Below are positions 1-9,902 of a stretch of 48,369 bases of DNA, piece by piece. Source of the DNA: Saprolegnia diclina VS20 (Eukaryota); assembly GCF_000281045.1 (NCBI RefSeq), contig NW_008246195.1, positions 59,892 to 108,260 on the forward strand. Direction: 5' to 3'. The notes under the pieces were generated by a model. The model was not told where the DNA came from, searched no databases, and saw only the letters and a program-made list of their open reading frames with translations. How positions within the stretch are numbered: position 1 is the stretch's first letter; every line of letters begins with the position of its first letter. Made by a program: the position numbers and the translations under genes.

Positions 1-669
1 ATCTCGGCGGGGACATCGACGGCGTCGTCATCAACGGGCGGCGCCATCGGTCTCACGGCAGGCAGCGGCAAGGCGGTCGGCGGCGCCATCACGCTCGCGG
101 GCGGGGCGGCAACGCCGTCTGGTGCCGGTGGTGCTGTGACGCTACAAGCTGGCGCGGGTGCGACGCAAGGAAGTGTTCGTGTGCTCGACGCCTCGAGCAA
201 CGCACTGCTCACGATCAGCGCTTCGGTCTTCACGGGCACAAGTGCGTCCATGAGTCTGTCGAGTACGTCAACGATGGCGTTGACAGCGTCCACATCGGTC
301 ACGATCACGGGCACGTCGACTGTCGTTGCTGGCGGGCACTTGCACGTCAGTGCCAACGACTTCCTCGTGACATCCAACGGCGCGAATCAAGTGTTTGTCG
401 TCACAGCGGCCTCGGGCGCCGTGAGCATTGCGGGCGACATTACGCTCTCGAGCAACGTGGCGCAGATCATGCACTCGGGCTCGACATCGCTCACGATCAC
501 CTCGCCCAGTGTCATTTTCACGGGCGGGTCTGTTGTGCTGGACGGCAGCGCGAGCACACCCGTGTCGTCGACGCCGTGCGCCAAAGGTACCATCCAGTTT
601 GATGCGTCGTACGTCTACATTTGCTCGTCGACCGACACGTGGCGCAAGGCGGCGCTCGCGCCCATCTAA
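1..669 (+). CDS. 3' end of a Gly/Ser/Thr-rich repetitive (beta-solenoid/fibre-like) protein; 5' end lies outside the window
   Basis: The frame is open from base 1 (ISAGTSTASSSTGGAIGLTAGSGKAVGGAITLAGG...GGAVTLQAG) to TAA at 667-669. It has repeated GGA[I/V]xLxAG units and ends CAKGTIQFDASYVYICSSTDTWRKAALAPI. Confidence 0.7.
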   Translation: MSAGTSTASSSTGGAIGLTAGSGKAVGGAITLAGGAATPSGAGGAVTLQAGAGATQGSVRVLDASSNALLTISASVFTGTSASMSLSSTSTMALTASTSVTITGTSTVVAGGHLHVSANDFLVTSNGANQVFVVTAASGAVSIAGDITLSSNVAQIMHSGSTSLTITSPSVIFTGGSVVLDGSASTPVSSTPCAKGTIQFDASYVYICSSTDTWRKAALAPI

Positions 670-895
670 CTCTTTTATATTTGCATATCCAAACAACAAC
701 AACAATACATGTATTTCATTTCCTTCCTTGTGTACAAAAAGGGACGTTGAGAAAGAGACCAAGACTCTGCGTGGCTGAAGCATACACTTGGAGGGTGTCG
801 AGGACGCCTCCTCAGACAGGCGTACCCAAATGCGATCGGTGTTGAACAGCGTAACGAGATATGCAGAGATTCAATGGTTGTCCTGGACGGCAAAC

Positions 896-2924
896 TTAGA
901 TCATGGTGAGGAACTGCTCGAGCTGGCGCTTGAGTTCGACCGAGTCGGCGTGGTCAGGGTATACTTGGAGTGCCTTGGTCACCTTGGTGTACGCGTCCTG
1001 GAAATCGCCGACCTTGTACGCGAGCAGTGCTACGCCCACCAGTAGGGTTGCATACGCACACACCGACAAGCCAGCACCTCGGTTGTAACTCGGTTCAAAC
1101 ATAAAGTTGGCCAAATTGTCGGCCAGCTGAAAGTTGGCCCGCGCCTGCTCGACGTTGCCTTTGCGCAGCTCGAGCACCTGCACTGGGTCGTCAAACGATA
1201 GCAATGTATAGAGACAGACCCCAAGGTTGTTGTACGACTCGGCGTGGTTGGCGTCGACGGACACGGCGATCTTGAACGCTTGGTACGCAAGTCCCAGGTC
1301 CCCAATGCCAATCGCGACCTGGCCAATGTTGTACCTAGGACCCCAATTCCATTTTGAAAACACTCTTGGAGCCGATACCAGACGTCGGCCATGTTGTCGT
1401 CCGACGCCATCGCGAGGGCGCGCTCAAAGCACGAGAGCGTCATGTCATACTACACCAGCATAGCAATAATGTGTGGCTCGTGTCCAAGCGCGCGCACCTG
1501 GGACGCGTAAAAGCAGCAAAGACCAATGTTGCACCACAGCTCCGTGTTGTTGACGTCCATTTGCAGCAGTCGGCGGTAGTAGCGCAGCGCGACCTCGGGC
1601 TAGTGCTCGGCTCTGTAGCACCCACAGATGCGCCAAGACGTACGTGGTCGTTGTAAAAGTTGTTGGACGCGAGGCACGCGATCGCCTCGATGTTGGCCGG
1701 GTCCACGTCCAGCACCTACCTCGATTGTTTTAGATTAACACCAAGATCGTATAGTACCTTTTTGTACACGGCGACGCTGCTGTCGACGTCGTTGAGCATG
1801 TCGTGGATGCGCGCCATGCCCACGAGCACGTGCACGTCGCCGGGAAACTTCTCGCTGACGCAGCGTTCAGACCGAAGCCAGAATACGAAGCGTGTACCTC
1901 GCGCGCCGGTAGTACTCGAGCGCCGTGTTGGGCTGGTCGAGCTTGAGGTACACTTTGCAGAGCTCGAGGTACGTGACGACCATTTCCTGGCTCCGGAGAC
2001 TCGACTCGAACTGCTTCTCCGCGTCGCGCAGCAGCCCGAGTTGATAGTAGCACTTGCCCAAGCGCGCCTTCCACCACCAGTCCTTGTAGTCGGCCTACAT
2101 CCAGTCGCCTAGATACGAGAGATGGCGAATCGAGCCAACGTACCGCCACGGTCGCTTCGGCCGCGAGCTCCAGCGCTTTCTTTGGGTTGTGGTCGTGGTA
2201 CAGCAAATAGTCGACGAGCGCCTTGGCGATCGGGGGGCGCGCCGCGTACCGCTTCATGTCGAGGCGGTCGGGGCTGATGAAGGCGCCGCCGTCGCCCTGG
2301 CTCTGCATCGACGCGGTGCCGAGGCGCACTTGCCGCCCGAGCGACGTCGGCGGCCGCGACGTGCCTGTGACGCATGTATCAGTCCGAGCGATGCAAAACG
2401 TAACAGTGTACCTGGGCGGGCGCCCTGCAAGGCCTGGTCCAGCGACAGGCCCGTGCCCGGGCGTGACCCAGTGCCTGGCCGTGCAAAGCCGCTGAGCGGG
2501 CGTCCGCTCGCCGACATGGGCCGGAAGCTCTGGTCGCCAGAGCTGACGTTGGCGCGCGTCATGGGCCGGCTCAGCGACGTGCCCGGTCTACGAGAACGAT
2601 AGCATTCGACGACCGCAAGGGATCGCGCACCGGGGCATGCTCGCCAGCGCATTGTCGTCGAGGAGCAGGTCCGCGGCGCCGTCCTCCTCCATCTCCGAGT
2701 CGTCAATGTACGTTTGCTGCGTCACGACGCGACATTTGAGGAGCCAGACCGCCTACGGTCCATGTCCATCACCTGCGAGGACGAGGTCATGCGCGTACTT
2801 GGTCGTACGGGTTCGTCTCGAGGATGTCGCTGCAGAGCTCGATGCTCTCTTGGAAGCGGCGCTGGCGCGCGCGGTTGAGCGCCATGTAGAACGGGTCGAC
2901 CTGCTGGAGCACGCTCGTGGCCAT
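896..2924 (-). CDS. BBS8: Bardet-Biedl syndrome 8 / tetratricopeptide repeat protein 8 (BBSome subunit), multi-exon
   Basis: Exons give MATSVLQQVDPFYMAL...NPYDQ, AVWLLKCRVVTQQTYIDDSEMEEDG, RPGTSLSRP, SGRPLSGFARPGT, RLGTASM, GKCYYQLGLLRDAEKQFESSL, YLKLDQPNTAL, EAIACLASN, YNIGQVAIGIGDLGLAYQAFK and HAESYNNLG. These are TTC8-type motifs separated by short GT-AG introns. Confidence 0.93.
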
Positions 2925-3146
2925 CGCTCCTTGAATCCGTTCAAGATCTCGAAACGGTGGGTGCGCGAACTTGAAGTGCACTGGAATACTAGTATACCCA
3001 ATGCGTACCACATGAACGTGAAGTTCGCGAACTTGCAAGGTTTGACTCTGAGTGTCAGTTAAAATAGGGTTGAAAGTTCGCGCACTTGACGCGCACGAGG
3101 AGGATGCGACCAGCCAATCAACGACAGGCAGGCACACGGGACACAC

Positions 3147-3931
3147 ATGCAAGCGAGCGAGCTCTGGTTCGTGCGCCACGGGCAGACCGACTGGAACGTG
3201 GATCAACGTCTGCAGGGACATGAGGACGTCCCGCTCAACGAGGCTGGGCGTCAGCAGGCTGCGGCCGCCGCCACGTACCTCCAGGGACTGCATGCGACGG
3301 CTCGGTTCGACGCGATCGTCTCGAGGTAGCCCGCGACGCAAGCCATGGTGCGCTGCCACTGTCGAGTAGTGATCTCTCTCGCGCGCTGGCGACGGCCGAG
3401 GCCATTCGCGGGGCGCTTGGCATCACGGCCATTGAAACGGACGCAGGCCTGCGCGAGCACGCGCTCGGGTCGCTTCAAGGCCACGTCGTGAGGGCCATGC
3501 CACCGCACCTGCGCCGCGAGTACGACAACCTGCGCACCAACCCAGGTATTCTTGTGATGATAGCACCGAAGTCCAAACTACCGTTTAGACTATAAAAGCC
3601 CAGGCGGTGGCGAGTCGTCGCGCCAGATGTACGAGCGCGTCGTCCGTACGCTCGATTCGCTTCCGCAGCGGTACCCTGGTCAGCGAGTGCTCGTGACGAC
3701 GCATGGTGGGTGGCTCTTCCACGCACACCGCTACCTCCTCCAGCTCAGCATCGACCGCAGCCAGGATGCGATTCCCAACGCGTGCATTTGCATCGTGCGC
3801 TTCGAGCCATCGACGCGGGCGTACACCATGAAGCCATCTCTAATCGCTTGCTAACGATGCCTGTTTGTAGATGGAGCATACAAGCATGGGGCGTCACCGA
3901 TCACTTGAAGCAAGCAGGCTGCAACGGCTAG
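3147..3931 (+). CDS. Histidine phosphatase / phosphoglycerate mutase family protein (paralog 1), multi-exon
   Basis: Motifs LWFVRHGQTDWN, QGHEDVPLN, spliced S-SDLSRA (intron 3326-3369), LRE..LG.LQG, GGGES, VLVTTHGG and IPNACI. Confidence 0.9.
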
Positions 3932-4361
3932 TCAAGATCGTGTCACCTTAGTTGGTGTACGTTGAAGCATCCACCCATAGTACACATGTGCGTACACCTA
4001 CTACTAGCCTAGTCGAGATCCATCTCCTCATGGCGTCTCTGGAAGCTCGTGCCACGGCGAATAGCCGCCACGTAATCTCATTTGCGTGCGATTAGCCTTA
4101 GTCATGTAGTTAGTCGAAACAGAGCTCCTCGAATCCACCATGCATCGCAGCCGCATGTCCTCAGCATGTACGAGACTTGCACTCGACTACAAGACTATAC
4201 GAGTCTACTACAGTAGGAAGAGGAATGAACGATGGCGCGCCGTCTCCTAATCCTATGCTGCATGAATCCGGCATCGATACACTGTTTTTACACTGTAAAC
4301 AAAACAGTGTTTTCCTCCATGCTACAGTACCCACAGTTTTGTTTTTAAATTATACCAAGCG

Positions 4362-6567
4362 CTACCAGAGCGTCGACCACCACGACGCAATGTCGTGTAG
4401 CAGAGACCAGGCGTCGAGCGCGAGGCCCGGCGCGACGCACGGCGCGTGGTGCGGGAAGGCAAATGCCCGGCACCTGGCAAACGCGCCGCGTGCTGCCTGC
4501 CAATCGGCGGCCGCCAAATGTAGCCAGCCCGCGTGGTAGAGCGCTTCGGCGTCACCGGAGGCGGCTTGGTAGTACTGCAGCGCTTGGGAGGCATTTGGGG
4601 CGCAGAGGTCGGCCCAGCCCGCCTCGTGGCACTGCCCGAGCTGTCGCAGCGCCTCACTGTCGTTGTGCATCAGCGCAGCGTGCTCGTACAAGCGCAGCGC
4701 GGTTTCGAGCGGGCGAGGGACCCACGCATCCCCGAGCTGCTTTTCGAGCTGGAAGGCAGCGTTGACCATCGCGTCAACATGCCCGAGCTGCGCGAGGAGG
4801 AGGTGTTCGACCAGCGCGCGCGTCTTGTCGCCCGCAACGAACGACTCGATCGCGTGGCGCACCGAGAAGCCTGGCAAGTCCCGGCGCAGTGCCACCTAGA
4901 AACTGTAAACATGTGTACCGTGTATCGGAGCCTACCGCGCGAAAGTGACGCAGCGCGCTCTCGCACGAGGGCTGGACGCCAGTGCCTTGGTAGTACAAGA
5001 CGCCGACGTTGAAGAGCGACTGGCGCGACGGCGCCATGACACTCGCGGCCAGAAAGTGCTCAAACGCCCGGGTTACGTTCCGGGGCACGCCAACGCCATC
5101 GAGGTACGCGGCGCCGAGGTACTGGTGCGCCTCAAAGTACTCGAGGTCGATCGCAGCCTCGAAATGCCCCACCGCGCGGGTCGCGTTCCGGGGCACGAGC
5201 GCGTCGCCGTTCCAGTAGACCACGCCAAGCCCGTGCTGGGCAAACCCGAGCTCGGCCGCCTGCGTAAACAAGTCGACGGCCGCCGAGCTGTTCTTGGCCA
5301 CGCCGAGGCCGTGCGCGTGCATGAGCCCCAGGTTCGCGAGCGCATGCGGAATACCGCCGGCCGCGGCGCGCTCAAAGAACGGACGAGCCGCTGCCGCGTC
5401 TGCCGGGACGTTGGCGTCACCGAAAAAGTGCATTTCGCCAAGGCGGTGCGCGGCCTCGGCCGAGAGGTACGCATCGCCACTACTCGACATCGTTTAGTTA
5501 GTCGATTTCACTCGCCAGACGACGAGTGTACCCGTGGGCGAGCGACTGGTAGTAGTCGAGGGCCTCGAGGCCGTTCTCGGGCACCTCGCCAAAGTACTCG
5601 TTGGTCTGGCTTCCTTGCATCCACCGCTGCGAGAGGCGCGTGCTGCCCTCCATGGGCTCTGTATATCAAGTAAGCTCCACGATGCACACGATAGATGCGT
5701 ACCGGGCTCGACGCCGTCGGCCAAATCGCGCACGCTCTCTTCGGCGCTCGTGTAGTAGAGCGAGACGACGTGGTCGCAAAGCGCCTCATCGTTGTGCTCA
5801 GTCGCCCACTGCTGCGTCCAGAGACGCTCGGCGAGTACCATGCGCGCGACATAGTCATCCGGCGCATGCAGGCGGATCGCAGCTTCGGCGGCGTCGACCG
5901 CCGGCGAGTCCGTCCCGTTGAACGCCAGTGCCAAGAGCGCGTGCAGTACCTGCGTCGAGGCGAGGATCGCTGCTTGCGCCAGAAAGCCATGGACGCGCTC
6001 GAGCGACGTCAATGGATGCGCCTTGACGTTGGGCTCCAGCAAGAGATATTGCGCAATTTGCGCGTACGCGACTGCCGGCTCGACCTCGGTGGTGGCGACC
6101 GCGACCCACGATTCGAAGGTGGTCGCGTCGTAGCCGTGCGAGAGAAGGTCGTCGTGGATATCGACGAAAGCGTCCGAGAGAGGTGCCGACGGGTGCGCCT
6201 TGATGTACCGGCGCTCGCTCGAAATGAGCTCCATGAGGTCTTGCAGCGACGCGTGGAGCTCGATCGTCTCGTCGGCGTCGGCGGGCGCGGCCTCCAAGAG
6301 AGCGCGAAAGTGCTCGTGAAGCGCCGTCTCCATCTCGAGCAGCGTCTCGAGCGAGATGTCGTCGGGCGCGTCAAAGATCTGCGTCGTGCGGTCGACAAAG
6401 GCGCGGACAGCGTCGATGCGACCGCCGTCCGTAGACGCCACGGCGCGGCCGGACCACGGATTGCGCGCGTCATCGTAGACCCAAGTGCGAGTTTCGCCTG
6501 CCGACGCGGCTTCGGCCGCGACGCGTTGCCACGCAAGAAGAAGGAGCACGGCCACGACTCGGACCAT
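4362..6567 (-). CDS. Secreted/ER SEL1-repeat protein (SEL1L/Hrd3-like), multi-exon
   Basis: N-terminal signal peptide MVRVVAVLLLLAWQRVAA, followed by several Sel1 repeats (ALANLGLMHAHGLGVAKNSSAAVDLFTQAAELG; AHQYLGAAYLDGVGVPRNVTRAFEHF; FNVGVLYYQGTGVQPSCESALRHF). Confidence 0.8.
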
Positions 6568-7100
6568 CTCGCTTGGTCGCCACGTGGAAGTGTATTTTCC
6601 TGCGCTGGCCGACTTTCGAATTTCGAAGGATATTTGCTAATCTAATAACACACAACGCAAGCCATCAGCACTGCGTTCTCAAGCACGTGCCTCGAATTGT
6701 ACACAGGATAGCAAATCAATTGCGTCGAACCCTCTGCTGTGTACCCACACGCGCAAGAAGCCGCCCAAATAAGACAATCATACTATACAAACTTGTGAGA
6801 GGCCGAGAGTGCAGCTGGGTGAAAATAGCCATCCGGATAGTAGCTCATTTGCGACATGAACAATGACGCGCATGCCATTGGCTAAAGACTAATTGCTAGA
6901 CGAGCTACAATTCTACGCCGACGTCGCTCCATCAATGCAGCCTTGACGACGGAAGCGGATGGCAGCAGCGATGATTGCACGACCAACGAGCCACCCTTGG
7001 GCGCCGGCCGTCGCGGGTGCTGCGCGACCACCAGTAGCATGTGAGCGGCGTCTACCACGAGGTTGTTATAGTATGCAGGATGGCGGAACCAACCACAGGA

Positions 7101-9494
7101 TCAATGAGCCAGAAACACCATGTACTCGCATTGGTACGCGACCCACTCGGGGTGGTCGCCGTGGCGCCGGACGCCGGTACCAACATACGCGTGGTCGACC
7201 ACATTGCGCACGTCCAAATACGGCGTTTCCATAAGGAGACTCAGCGGCACGTAATAGACGGGCGCCCGGCGGTACCCACTGTCGTGGACCCAGTAGCTGG
7301 GCCCGATGGCGTCCGCCCACGCGCTCTCGGGGTGGATGGCCTGTCGACGGACGCCAACGACCCGCAGTGCAGCTTCCAACAGCGTGAGCGTCGGCGCTAG
7401 CAGCACGGACGTGCGCAGGAGCGCCATCACAGCGCCCCACAGCAGCGCCAAGAAGAGATATTCGTGCACCATTGCGAAGCCAGGCAGCGCCAGCCGCAGC
7501 TTGCAGAGCTCGGCCATCAGAAACGAGAGCAGCGAGAGCGGGAGAACGCCCAGAAGGAGCGTCGTCACAAGGTACCCGCGCGTGTGGATCGTGACGCCGG
7601 GCAGCAGGTCCATGTAGACAAGCGCAAAGAAGACCCACGCAAAGGACACGAGGCTCACGAGCGCATTGGCTCCATCCAGGTGCCCAAGGCTGTCGACGCT
7701 GCAGCTGTACGTGGCGTCGGTCGCCATCTCGTCGATCGAGGCGGCCCACGCGCAGTGTAGCTTGGCGGCGTCAATGTGCCACGCGAGAAAGCTCACGAAA
7801 CCCACAAACTTCATCGACGTCCGGTGGTGCATCCAGACAATGCTGCTAATGCTTGCGTTCGCGACGCTGTAGAGCAGCTGCGGCTCGCGCTTGGCGCTGC
7901 GCCAGAGCCAGCACAGCAGCTCTCGTAGATAGAAGCAGATGCAGACGCAGTAGTACCCATAACCAGCGAGCGAGAGCAGCGCGATGAAGTTGATGATCAT
8001 GGCCTCGTCCCCGTTCGAATACGTGACGACGATCTCCGCCTGCGTGCCCTGCGTGAGCATGTCCATGACAAACGACGGGTAGTCCGACTGCGGCGCGCGA
8101 CCGCCGACAAAGCACGCGAGAATCGCCACCGGACTCGCCGTATTGTTGGCTATCACGGTGCGTCGGACGCCGTCCGCCGAGAGGTACGTCACCTTGACGC
8201 TCGAAGTGCCCGTCCCAAGGCCAAAGCACTTCATGTCAACATACACGTCAACGAGGCCGTGCGCGACTTTGTCGATGGCAGCGACACACACGCCGCTGCG
8301 CATGTACGTGAGTGTCGTGCCGCCGCTCGCTGTTTCGTTCATGCAGACGCCAAAGCAGCCGTCGCCGACGAGGCAGAGCTCTTCGAGCGCATCGGACTTG
8401 ACGATCGGTGCGTTCATGACGGTCGCCACCAGCTGCTTGAAGAGACCGTTCCAGGCCGAGAGGTTGCCAGGCGACACGTACTCGACGTCGGCGAGCGCCG
8501 CTTGCTTCCTGGGTATGTACACAAACACGTTGGGCGCGGACGCTAGCGTAAAGGCGGCGTTGTCCAGGTACTCGGATTGGTGCTCTAGCAGTGCGTTTCC
8601 CAGAAACGCTGCGGCACTCGTGTCGACGCACGTCGCGTCGCCTGGCTGCGCCAAGCACGCAGCGACCGCAGTCGCCACGGGACTCAGTACGTTGACTTGG
8701 TTGTTGGGACTCGGCGGTCGGCCGTAAATGCGGTACGTCGCAAGTCCCGACCGCTCGCCCGAGAGCGATATGTAGCCGTCCATAAAGGTCACAGGTGTAA
8801 ACAGCAATGGGACGCCGGCCACGTGCGTTCCATCGAGGTCGAAATCGGCCGCAAGCTCGGTCGCCACGTCCACGAGGCTGCCACCTTGGGCTACGATCGT
8901 CTGTCGTCGAATGAGGCACGTCGAGAGGGATGGATACGTGGCGCTGAGATCCGCATTCGCAGCCACACCTTGCAGACAGAGCACGGCTTCGGTGACGCCC
9001 GCGAGGCGGCAGTTGTGAACCACCGGGGCCACGTACGGCGTCGGGGGCGACGTAGCTGCGACCGGCGCAGCGAGTGTGCTGCGAAGAAACGGGCCTTTGT
9101 CGATGGGCGACGCTGCCCAGACGAATTGCGACCGTGGCAACACGAGAAAGTCCAGGACGACGTTGATGTACCTGTCGGCGGCCACGGGCGACGGGAGAGG
9201 AATGCCTGCATTGGTGTAGAGCTGAGTGAGGAAGCGGCCGTTCAGCTGTGTGTTCCACTCGAGCAAAACAGTGCGCGTCGTTGCGAACGAGACGAAGCCG
9301 TAGGCCGTGATGGCCCACGTCTTGAAGGGCGAGACGATGTTCCAGAGGCAGCTCAGCGCAAAGCAGAGCGCGAGGAGCCGCGTTCGCCGCACGATGGGCA
9401 CGTGCACGAGGTGCGGCGCCACGTGAGTCGCTTCCCGCTCTTCCAAGTTGCTCACCCGCGGCGCGACCCGGATGGTCCGGCTGCCGTGGACCAT
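7101..9494 (-). CDS. Uncharacterised large multi-pass membrane protein (paralog A)
   Basis: Long ORF with likely ATG at 9494. It has one N-terminal hydrophobic segment, a large Cys-containing middle region and several C-terminal hydrophobic helices. It is clearly homologous to the neighbouring gene. Confidence 0.8.
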   Translation of the reverse strand: MVHGSRTIRVAPRVSNLEEREATHVAPHLVHVPIVRRTRLLALCFALSCLWNIVSPFKTWAITAYGFVSFATTRTVLLEWNTQLNGRFLTQLYTNAGIPLPSPVAADRYINVVLDFLVLPRSQFVWAASPIDKGPFLRSTLAAPVAATSPPTPYVAPVVHNCRLAGVTEAVLCLQGVAANADLSATYPSLSTCLIRRQTIVAQGGSLVDVATELAADFDLDGTHVAGVPLLFTPVTFMDGYISLSGERSGLATYRIYGRPPSPNNQVNVLSPVATAVAACLAQPGDATCVDTSAAAFLGNALLEHQSEYLDNAAFTLASAPNVFVYIPRKQAALADVEYVSPGNLSAWNGLFKQLVATVMNAPIVKSDALEELCLVGDGCFGVCMNETASGGTTLTYMRSGVCVAAIDKVAHGLVDVYVDMKCFGLGTGTSSVKVTYLSADGVRRTVIANNTASPVAILACFVGGRAPQSDYPSFVMDMLTQGTQAEIVVTYSNGDEAMIINFIALLSLAGYGYYCVCICFYLRELLCWLWRSAKREPQLLYSVANASISSIVWMHHRTSMKFVGFVSFLAWHIDAAKLHCAWAASIDEMATDATYSCSVDSLGHLDGANALVSLVSFAWVFFALVYMDLLPGVTIHTRGYLVTTLLLGVLPLSLLSFLMAELCKLRLALPGFAMVHEYLFLALLWGAVMALLRTSVLLAPTLTLLEAALRVVGVRRQAIHPESAWADAIGPSYWVHDSGYRRAPVYYVPLSLLMETPYLDVRNVVDHAYVGTGVRRHGDHPEWVAYQCEYMVFLAH

Positions 9495-9902
9495 CGCGAC
9501 GATTATATTTATAGGTCGAGCGGACCAGATCTGATATCTCTTGCTAGCTATTCGTGGACGTCCGATCCAAATCCACTGCGGACGCCAGCACTTTATCGAG
9601 ACGTTGTGCAAGCGACACGCAGGGGTTGTGTCTTCTAGCAGCACGGTACTAGGCCCACGCAGTGAGGCTGGCCAAGCCCAGACAAAATTTCGGTGTTGAG
9701 CCACCATTCTGGGCCAAGCCGTTGTCTTAAAACACGCCACATGCATGGCGGTTCACGCGTGCGACATGACGAGTTGTGTTGTTGGTCTATCGCATCTGTC
9801 GGCAAAAAGAGAGAGCACAGACCGAGTGTGGGACGCGACTTGGAGCTAGTATCAATCGGCGTGGTATGTAATTCAATGTAAAATGCAACTATCGACGCTA
9901 GA

